Of a DNA stretch of 15,001 bases, positions 1 through 6,937 are shown piece after piece. Positions within the stretch are counted from its first letter, which is position 1. Each line of letters opens with the position of its first letter. The notes beneath the pieces are model-generated. The model ran no database searches. It was not told where the DNA came from and was given only the letters and a program-made list of their open reading frames with translations. The stretch is taken from the NCBI GenBank assembly GCA_044356295.1, contig JBIKWN010000061.1:1-15001 (forward strand), given 5' to 3'. A program made the position numbers and the translations under genes. The stretch comes from Bdellovibrionota bacterium (GTDB lineage: Bacteria; Bdellovibrionota_C; UBA2361; JBIKWN01).

Positions 1-2057
1 ACAGCATCAACGGCATCCCTTATATCATCCATGTGCGTGATAATAATTATTTGCTCGAATCGTTCAGAGAGTTTTTCTAAAAGCTGTAAAACATTTTGAC
101 GACGTTGCGTATCGAGGCTTCCAAAAACTTCATCAAGAATTAATAAATTAAAAGTTTGCCCCGCACGTTCTGCAAGAAGCTGTGACAATGCTAAACGAAC
201 GCAAAGGTGTAGGATGTCGGTTTCACCTCCGCTGATGACCGATTTAATTTCTCCTGCATCATAAACAGTTGGTGCAAAATCAACTCCCATAAATACTTCG
301 TTGTATCGACCTTCTGTAAGTTCAGATAGAAATTCGCTAGCAAGTTCTGCGATTCTTGGACGAATACTTTCATTTACACTTTTTCTAAATTCTGTGAGTG
401 TTATATCGGCTTCATCAAAAACAAGAAGCTCTTTACGGAGCGATTTTAATCCTGCTTGTTTTTGGTCGTATACAAGTAAGGCTTCGGTGGTTCGTTCGAC
501 TTGCGATTGTACTGTCTTAAAGTCACCTTCAATCATCAACTTGTCACTTCGAGCAACACTAACCATGCTCTCTGATGCAGCCAGAGATGTTTTTGATGCT
601 GTATAGAGTGCATCTGAAAAAGTAAGTTCAGATAATTCTTTTCGTTTAACTCTTAAAAGTTCGTCTAAGGTAATAAGCTCATTTCTTAACGACTCTTGCT
701 GGGTTCGAATCAAAGTCGACTCATTCACTAAGTTTTGAAGGAGGTCACATTGGGGGAGAGATTTCTTCTCTTCGGTTAGGGCTTTAGAGATATCTTCAAA
801 ATGAAGTATAAGGTCCTGCTCTTCTGCAGAAGGTTGCAGGAATGACTCAAGGGCTAGTTTTTCTTGCTGAATGAGTGTACTGAGTTTTTCGATCTCTTTT
901 GAAATATCACCGATAACTTTTTTAATATTGTCACCAAGAAGCTGCCCACAGGTTGGGCACGGTGCTCCGCTTTTTTTCAATCCTTCATAGTTCGCCAGTT
1001 TTTTTTGTTCACCTACTTGCTGCTTCGATAAAACAATCAATTTTTCTTCAACACGTGCCCTGGCAACTTGGCGATCTGTTTGAAATTTAGAACGGTTGGC
1101 TGTGACAGCTACAATTTTTTCTTCTAGAGAAGATATTCTCGATTTAATCTGGTAAATAATTTTTTCAGTATTCGCATCGGGATTTTTTGCTGCATCTTCT
1201 CTGTAGGTACGAAACGGCTTTTCAAAGACAACGGTGGTATCAATCTCTTTAGATCTATCGTCTAAATGTTTTAAGCGCTTTGTAGCTTCTTCGAATCGTG
1301 TCTGAGAAACCGTGAGGGCTTCGCGCCTCGCTCGGTACAACGTAAATTCTTTCTCTAATATTTCAAACTTTTTACGCTCTTCATCAGCCCTCAGTTTTAC
1401 TTGCTCAAGGATAGTTGTTTTTTCTTGAAGTTTTTTTTGCAGATTATCAAGTGATTCTTTTTCACCTTGTAGTCTTGTTTCTAATTCAAAACGATCCCCA
1501 AGCCCTGCTTCAAAACCTAAAACTTTTTGTTTTCGCTCTTTTCTTTGCTCTCGTAACTCATCTTGGAGTGTTTCTAATCGGTCAAACCCCATCATCCGAA
1601 CGATAAATTTCTCTCGCTCTGTTGCCCCTTTCTTTCCACTTAAAAACTCAAGACCTTTTTGTTCAGTCAGAAATGTAGCAGAGAATTCCTCAAGGTTCAT
1701 TCCTAATATTTTAACTACTTGGTTTGTTACTTCACGACTACCAGTAATACCTGCCTCTGACTCTCCAGCAACAAAAAATTTTGCATCAGTTGTTGTTCTG
1801 AGTATTCTGTAGATCCCTGCTCCGATACTAAACGAAAGTTCTACAGAAACTTTTTCTTTATTTATACCTTTTGTTTTTAAATCTTCAATTTTTCCACGTA
1901 CTGCTTTTGTTCCGTATAATGCAAATGTAATTGCTTCTATAAGAGTAGTTTTCCCAGCGCCGTTACTTCCGGTAATTCCGATTAAGCCCGCAGAAAATTC
2001 GATATCAACGGATTGATATTGCCGGAAATTATTAAGTGAAATTCTAACGAGTTTCAT
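1..2057 (-). CDS. sbcC: SbcC/Rad50 SMC-family ATPase (3' end runs off the window)
   Basis: Not in the ORF track because the stop lies outside the window; translated by hand in segments, all in the same frame. ATG at 2057 gives MKLVRISLNNFRQY, Walker A GSNGAGKTT, Q-loop FLTEQKG, coiled-coil, zinc hook CPTC (948-959), signature ISGGE, Walker B/D-loop LLILDEVFGSLD and H-loop IIITH. Overlaps the sbcD 3' end by 14 nt. Confidence 0.95.
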   Translation of the reverse strand, partial: MKLVRISLNNFRQYQSVDIEFSAGLIGITGSNGAGKTTLIEAITFALYGTKAVRGKIEDLKTKGINKEKVSVELSFSIGAGIYRILRTTTDAKFFVAGESEAGITGSREVTNQVVKILGMNLEEFSATFLTEQKGLEFLSGKKGATEREKFIVRMMGFDRLETLQDELREQRKERKQKVLGFEAGLGDRFELETRLQGEKESLDNLQKKLQEKTTILEQVKLRADEERKKFEILEKEFTLYRARREALTVSQTRFEEATKRLKHLDDRSKEIDTTVVFEKPFRTYREDAAKNPDANTEKIIYQIKSRISSLEEKIVAVTANRSKFQTDRQVARARVEEKLIVLSKQQVGEQKKLANYEGLKKSGAPCPTCGQLLGDNIKKVIGDISKEIEKLSTLIQQEKLALESFLQPSAEEQDLILHFEDISKALTEEKKSLPQCDLLQNLVNESTLIRTQQESLRNELITLDELLRVKRKELSELTFSDALYTASKTSLAASESMVSVARSDKLMIEGDFKTVQSQVERTTEALLVYDQKQAGLKSLRKELLVFDEADITLTEFRKSVNESIRPRIAELASEFLSELTEGRYNEVFMGVDFAPTVYDAGEIKSVISGGETDILHLCVRLALSQLLAERAGQTFNLLILDEVFGSLDTQRRQNVLQLLEKLSERFEQIIIITHMDDIRDAVDA

Positions 2058-3276
2058 TTTTTGCCTCGATAGAAGTAAACAGATCGTCAAAAAGTACTAT
2101 CATTTCATCATGAGTTACATGTGGTTTCGCTTGATTTTTCCTGACAAACGTTGCGAGCTCTTCTTTGAGTGAATACGATGTTGGAATAAGCGCACTTCGT
2201 GCTTTCTCATGATGAGCCCGTTCGCTGTACCGTAAATCGATCTGTAAATGCAATGCTTTGAGACGAGTTTCACGAAACAGTTTTTGATCGAGCTGTCTAA
2301 ATATTTCTCTTGGAACATCGAGTAATTCAAGACGGATGATTTTTCCATCCACACCGCCAGATACAGAGGCTATAGCATCGAGTAGTTTTCCTGATAAGTC
2401 TTCGACTGTAGCTATTGAGCCACCAAAGATTGGTGGAAGTGAGACAACTTCCCGAGGTGATGATAAAGAATGAAATGTTACTTTTTGTTCAGGAAGAAAT
2501 ACTTCTAGAAATCCTTTATTTTGATCAGCTTCAGACCAGATGTTACTTGACGTATTTTCAATTGCACCCGAAAACCATGCATTCAGATCTATTTGTTTTG
2601 GAATATGTATATGACCAAGTGCAATATAGTCCCATTCATGAGGATTAAGATCAGAGAGCTTCCTTTCGATTCCTCCGAACTCACTCATCCAGCTATCACC
2701 TATTTGACCGTGAACCGTTAAGATATTGTAAGAATAATTATCATCAGCCCGTAACGTATCGGGCTTTAAAGTATCAAGAGCAGCATGTGGAACAGCGGTA
2801 ACACTCAGTGAAATATCTTCAAAACGAAACTGCTCAGTTTTGGTATCAGCTACAAAGACTCCTTTAATTTCTTCAAAGAGTCGAAGAATACAACCGGTAT
2901 CAGAACGCTTCGGAGATTCATGATTGCCAGCGATTAAAATAATAGGAGCCCCAATCCCTGAGCTCAGTCTTCGTAATTCTTTAAAAGCAAATGTTACTGC
3001 GGCATTGGTTGGACGTACTTGATGAAAGATATCCCCTGCCATAATAACAAGGTTTGGAGAGAGCCCAATAATTCGGTCAATTGATTCTCGAAATGCAAGA
3101 GCCACATCAAGTTCTCTTTGATTAGCTCCAGTCTTTGAAAGCTTTTGGTACTTCCTATATCCCAAATGAATATCAGCTAAGTGACAAACTTTTAACGAAG
3201 CTTTTTGGCTGGTGCGAATATTGCCTGCAATTTCGGACGACCTGGAAGTTGTAGTTGGGGCGTGACTTTTTTTCAT
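2044..3276 (-). CDS. sbcD: SbcD/Mre11 metallophosphoesterase DNA repair nuclease (~410 aa)
   Basis: Phosphoesterase motifs DIHLG, GDIFH, GNHE, VHG and GHIH; directly upstream of the Rad50 gene. Start set at ATG 3276 (MKKSH) rather than 3411, because the extension overlaps the divergent ORF and a candidate promoter. Confidence 0.93.
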   Translation of the reverse strand: MKKSHAPTTTSRSSEIAGNIRTSQKASLKVCHLADIHLGYRKYQKLSKTGANQRELDVALAFRESIDRIIGLSPNLVIMAGDIFHQVRPTNAAVTFAFKELRRLSSGIGAPIILIAGNHESPKRSDTGCILRLFEEIKGVFVADTKTEQFRFEDISLSVTAVPHAALDTLKPDTLRADDNYSYNILTVHGQIGDSWMSEFGGIERKLSDLNPHEWDYIALGHIHIPKQIDLNAWFSGAIENTSSNIWSEADQNKGFLEVFLPEQKVTFHSLSSPREVVSLPPIFGGSIATVEDLSGKLLDAIASVSGGVDGKIIRLELLDVPREIFRQLDQKLFRETRLKALHLQIDLRYSERAHHEKARSALIPTSYSLKEELATFVRKNQAKPHVTHDEMIVLFDDLFTSIEAKNETR

Positions 3277-3297
3277 CGTAACTATTAAACGGATCAA

Positions 3298-3870
3298 ATG
3301 GTTATACAAAAACGCTCGGAAGCAGTCACTCTTTATAAAGACAAAAATGTACATTCTCGCACAGATCTGAACAATAAAAGTGGTCAAACTGCTCCTGTGA
3401 TGACCCCTCAAGACGGCACTATTCTACTCGAAGTGCTAAAAACCCTCGAAACCCAGATTCGAAGCAGAAATCTGCTACATTCCGTACACTCGTTCCCATT
3501 TCATCCACTTTGGTTCCAGGCTGAAAACGAACGAAACGTATTCCTTTGGAGGGAAGGTTTTTCGATAATTCAAAAAGATGAGTTTGAATTCTGGATTGAT
3601 GTTCCAGCACTCATTAAAAAGCGTGAAAAAGCACTGATTAATTCAACATACAATCACCCACTTTCTAACCCCAATTGGCCGAGTATGTCCGATGCAACCC
3701 AAGCCATAGAGATAGAAACTAAATATCTAAACGAAATAGCAAAATTGTTTGATGGACTTGCAATGCAAGCCACTGCACTTTGTGAGGCCTCATCAAGAGT
3801 TGTAAAAGAGCTTTGTGCTCATGAACCTCAGCGACATGTAGTTATTCTTCCAGTCAGTCGCGCAAAGTAA
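3298..3870 (+). CDS. Hypothetical protein (190 aa; alternative start ATG 3400 gives 156 aa)
   Basis: Longest ORF filling the gap between sbcD and the acyl-CoA dehydrogenase; no recognised motif; start uncertain. Confidence 0.7.
   Translation: MVIQKRSEAVTLYKDKNVHSRTDLNNKSGQTAPVMTPQDGTILLEVLKTLETQIRSRNLLHSVHSFPFHPLWFQAENERNVFLWREGFSIIQKDEFEFWIDVPALIKKREKALINSTYNHPLSNPNWPSMSDATQAIEIETKYLNEIAKLFDGLAMQATALCEASSRVVKELCAHEPQRHVVILPVSRAK
3301..3329 (-). promoter_or_regulatory. Candidate sigma70-type promoter for sbcDC
   Basis: Minus strand GTGACT (3329-3324), 17 nt, TATAAC (3306-3301); ends 24 nt before the sbcD ATG at 3276. Confidence 0.4.
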
Positions 3871-3914
3871 ACAAAGGGCGTGTTCTGCACTGTCCACTTT
3901 CTAAAGATTTCCGG

Positions 3915-3920
3915 TATACT
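3915..3920 (+). promoter_or_regulatory. Candidate -10 box (TATACT) for a leaderless acyl-CoA dehydrogenase transcript
   Basis: TATACT, 6 nt (TTCCCT), then ATG at 3927; no Shine-Dalgarno sequence present. Confidence 0.5.
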
Positions 3921-3926
3921 TTCCCT

Positions 3927-5069
3927 ATGTATCTACTATCCGAAGAAGACCAAGAAATCATTGATGCAGTCCAAAAATTTTCTTCTGCTCAAATTCCTCA
4001 ATACGAATCGTTTAAAGAACGTCACGAGCTTCCATTAGATTTATTTTATGGATTTGGAGAACTCGGTGTCACGGCACTTGCAGTATCCGAACAATACGGT
4101 GGATTAAAAAAATCTAACCTACTCATTTCAAAAGTTCTCGAAACAATTGCAAGTGTAGATTTAGGTCCAGCAGTATTTCTCTCTGTTCATTTAATGGTGA
4201 CAAAGATCCTTGAAAATTTTTCGCAAGAAGAAACTAAAAAAAATATCCTTCCAAAACTTTGTGAAGGAAAACTGCTTGGTGCTTTTGCACTAACAGAACC
4301 TCAAGCTGGCAGTGATGCTTCTTCACTCCGAACAGAAGCTGTTGAAACAAAAGATGGTTACATCTTAAACGGTGAAAAATGCTACATCACCTCTGCCGGT
4401 TTTGCTGATGTCTATATCGTGTTCGCAAGGACACCAAAAACATCCGGCAAAGATGGCATCAGTGCATTTATTGTTTCAAAAGAAACACCCGGGCTTTTAA
4501 TAAGCTCTCCTGAAAAAAAAATGGGGTGTGAACTATCCCCTATTGCATCGCTAACATTTAGTAACTGCCTGATTCCAAAATCATCTCTCCTTGGAACGCT
4601 TGGAAATGGATACAGGATTGCTCTTTCAGGATTAGCTGCAGGAAGAATCAGTATTGGTGCATGTGCAAATGGAATCTCTAAAACAGCTATTTCACTTGCT
4701 GCAAATTTTATAAAAGAGCGAAAACAGTTCGGAAAAGCACTGGCTGAATTTCAAGGACTGCAATTTATGTTAGCTGACATGCGAATGCAGTATGAAGCTG
4801 CCAAGTTGTTAGTTGAATACGCGGCAATCGCTTTGGATAACGGGCTTCACAGTAATGAGCCAAATCTATATCCATCAATGGCAAAGTGCACTGCAACCGA
4901 TAACGCAATGAAGATCTCAACTGATGCAGTGCAACTATTTGGAGGAGCTGGATATATTAAAGAATATAAAGTTGAAGGTCTTATGCGTGATGCAAAAATG
5001 TTGCAAATTGTTGAAGGGGCAAATCAAGTGCAGCGGGTACTGATTGCTAAGGCTACTTTAGGAAATTAA
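3927..5069 (+). CDS. Acyl-CoA dehydrogenase, short/branched-chain (butyryl-CoA dehydrogenase-like)
   Basis: 380 aa; FALTEPQAGSDA, LNGEKCYIT, EKKMG, RKQFGK, AVQLFGGAGY. Catalytic Glu in the C-terminal IVEGANQVQR loop (SCAD/MCAD position). Confidence 0.96.
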   Translation: MYLLSEEDQEIIDAVQKFSSAQIPQYESFKERHELPLDLFYGFGELGVTALAVSEQYGGLKKSNLLISKVLETIASVDLGPAVFLSVHLMVTKILENFSQEETKKNILPKLCEGKLLGAFALTEPQAGSDASSLRTEAVETKDGYILNGEKCYITSAGFADVYIVFARTPKTSGKDGISAFIVSKETPGLLISSPEKKMGCELSPIASLTFSNCLIPKSSLLGTLGNGYRIALSGLAAGRISIGACANGISKTAISLAANFIKERKQFGKALAEFQGLQFMLADMRMQYEAAKLLVEYAAIALDNGLHSNEPNLYPSMAKCTATDNAMKISTDAVQLFGGAGYIKEYKVEGLMRDAKMLQIVEGANQVQRVLIAKATLGN

Positions 5070-5264
5070 ACCTCTTAAATCCTTGAATGAACTACAAAAG
5101 AAATAATTGGTAAAACTGCCGAAATATTCTATGAAAATTAAAAGAGCTTAAAATGAACTGATGGTTAGACACTATTTGATTAAGCATTTCTAGTTATCTA
5201 AAATGATATTATGAGAGAGGCATCCACGAAACCTTTCTTAACGTAGTTCATGAAAGAGAAATAA

Positions 5265-6008
5265 ATGGAAATGAATCAACATAACCTAGAAATTGGCGCA
5301 ACTGAGGCTCATGCTCTGCTGGATAAGTTTGATTTTTCAAAGTCTTTGCGAATCCATCTTTCTAGCCCTTCGACTCTGCCTAGTTCCCCTCGCCCTTGGT
5401 CACGATATGGACAGGCGAGTCGATTACTTCGAATTTTAAGACAGTATTATCCTGATGCTGAAAAGCTTTGTGGGATTAATCATCAAACAATCGAACGTAT
5501 GCTTGTACTTCAGGAGCTCCTCCCTGCTTTAAGCATCGACGATCGTATTAAATCAAAAGATACTAATGTAAATATTTCATCTTTGGTGAGAAAGAAAAAT
5601 ATTCTTTCGGAAGAAGAATTAATGCTTTGCCGTGCATTACTAACAACAAATCAAATTTTTAGATGTAAATTTATAGAATTCAAATTTAAAGATGACTTTA
5701 GAAGTAATACCTTCGTTGCAAATAAATTAGAAGAGGTTCGAACGCAGACACATATCTCGAAAAATGATTTTTTTATTCTTGCAAAATTGTGGTTTGAATT
5801 ACTTATTGGTTCAAGAACACAATTTGCACACCCGCATGAAAGCACTCAGCAATGGCAAGCTGATTTAGATTGGATGGTGGATATTCGAGGCATGCTAAAG
5901 GATCCATCGCATAACATACTTATACTTACTGACAGTACGAGTGAAGAGCTTGAGAATATTAGGAGTGAGTACTTTAGAATTAAAGATAATGATGAAACAT
6001 TTTCATAA
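5265..6008 (+). CDS. Hypothetical protein (247 aa)
   Basis: Long ORF in AT-rich DNA between two intergenic gaps; purine-rich GAAAGAGA upstream; no recognised domain, signal peptide or TM segment. Confidence 0.75.
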   Translation: MEMNQHNLEIGATEAHALLDKFDFSKSLRIHLSSPSTLPSSPRPWSRYGQASRLLRILRQYYPDAEKLCGINHQTIERMLVLQELLPALSIDDRIKSKDTNVNISSLVRKKNILSEEELMLCRALLTTNQIFRCKFIEFKFKDDFRSNTFVANKLEEVRTQTHISKNDFFILAKLWFELLIGSRTQFAHPHESTQQWQADLDWMVDIRGMLKDPSHNILILTDSTSEELENIRSEYFRIKDNDETFS

Positions 6009-6121
6009 GTAAGTTACTTTATCCAAATATTACCATAATGAGTCTGCGGACTTATAGTTAATGATGTTGTAATTTCTAGATTTAAAGTACTATCCCAGCG
6101 TTATTTATAAGGAGACAAATT

Positions 6122-6598
6122 ATGGAACAAGTTAAAGAACTCGCCCTACAATTTTTTCAATCTGCTGCAGAGAAAACTCAAAAAGCACTTTCCTTCGTTC
6201 CTCAAGATAAACTTACTTGGAAACCATCTGCGACAGCTAAAAGCGCACTTGAAATTGCAACCCACATTGCAGTAGCAAACGGAGCTTTTGCAGATATGAT
6301 TAAAACAAAAGCATCAAAAGCTGCAAATCTTGAAGAAATGCTTGCTTGGATTTCAACAGAAGAAGCAAAAGTAACAACTCTAGAACAAGCGCTTGCACTT
6401 ATTGAAACAACAAATACTGCGGTAGTTGACGCTATTAGTTCTGTAACAGATGCGGATTTAACTTCGGCGATTGTAAAAACACCTTTTGGAGATCGCCCTT
6501 TAAAAAGATTTATCTTTGTTCCAGAAGGACATACCCACAGCCATGCATCACAGATTGATTACCTTCAGACGATTTGGGGTGATGTTGAGATGCGTTAA
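6122..6598 (+). CDS. DinB/YfiT-like four-helix-bundle protein (putative metal-dependent thiol S-transferase superfamily)
   Basis: 158 aa; typical pattern LTWKP...SALEIATHIA and C-terminal HTHSHASQI (His triad); strong RBS AAGGAG at 6109-6114. Confidence 0.88.
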   Translation: MEQVKELALQFFQSAAEKTQKALSFVPQDKLTWKPSATAKSALEIATHIAVANGAFADMIKTKASKAANLEEMLAWISTEEAKVTTLEQALALIETTNTAVVDAISSVTDADLTSAIVKTPFGDRPLKRFIFVPEGHTHSHASQIDYLQTIWGDVEMR

Positions 6599-6666
6599 TC
6601 GTTTCTCTTCTTTGACGTTTAAAAATGTCATTCAGTTAAGGTTCCTAACCGGTATTTAGGAGAAAT

Positions 6667-6736
6667 TAACGCGAAGGTCGCGAAGTATGCGAAGATAATA
6701 ATTAATTACTTCGCGTACTTCGCGACCTTCGCGTTA
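6667..6736. repeat. Long inverted repeat (28-bp arms, 14-nt AT loop); each arm contains three 9-nt tandem units
   Basis: Left arm TAACGCGAAGGTCGCGAAGTATGCGAAG (6667-6694); right arm CTTCGCGTACTTCGCGACCTTCGCGTTA (6709-6736); 27/28 complementary, and the one mismatch is a U-G wobble in plus-strand RNA. Confidence 0.97.
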
Positions 6737-6846
6737 CTAAGGCGGATTAGTTAATAACCTCCTAATATTATTAAAACTATTAACCCTTGCATAAGCCACC
6801 ACCACTTTAAAAACAATAAAAATCCATTAAAATCTAGTCCCTTTCC

Positions 6847-6871
6847 TCAGCTTTAACTCACTTAAAGCTGA
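6847..6871. promoter_or_regulatory. Perfect operator-like palindrome TCAGCTTTAA-N5-TTAAAGCTGA upstream of the kinase
   Basis: 10-bp perfect inverted repeat with 5-nt spacer, ending 20 nt before a candidate -10 hexamer. The palindrome is seen directly; the operator role is inferred. Confidence 0.55.
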
Positions 6872-6886
6872 TTTAAGAACCCAAAA

Positions 6887-6897
6887 TGTGCTACGAT
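6887..6897 (+). promoter_or_regulatory. Candidate extended -10 promoter (TGTG-C-TACGAT) of the kinase operon
   Basis: TGn plus TAnnnT, 40 nt before ATG 6938; the same TGTGCTA core occurs upstream of lpdA. Confidence 0.5.
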
Positions 6898-6937
6898 TCC
6901 CACGTAAACCTTTAGCTGTACCCTTCATTAAATTATT

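Noticed and set aside
191..1606. ORFs 191-373(-), 301-606(+) and 1415-1606(+)
   Set aside because: Shadow frames within the Rad50/SbcC gene; the hydrophobic look of 1415-1606 is the antisense of Lys/Glu-rich codons.
2115..3610. ORFs 2115-2354, 2415-2648, 3419-3610 and the 3277-3411 extension of sbcD
   Set aside because: They overlap better-supported genes and show no motifs or RBS.
5099..5125. GCCGAAAT resembling a sigma28 -10 box upstream of the orphan gene
   Set aside because: No TAAA -35 element at the expected spacing.
6613..6630. Small hairpin TGACGTTT-AA-AAATGTCA after dinB as a terminator
   Set aside because: Weak AT-rich stem, tiny loop and no U-tract.
6667..6736. 9-nt repeats as a CRISPR array, or a functional link to the nearby hairpin nuclease SbcCD
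   Set aside because: No spacers, units too short, no cas genes; proximity to sbcCD (3.4 kb) is not evidence of a link.
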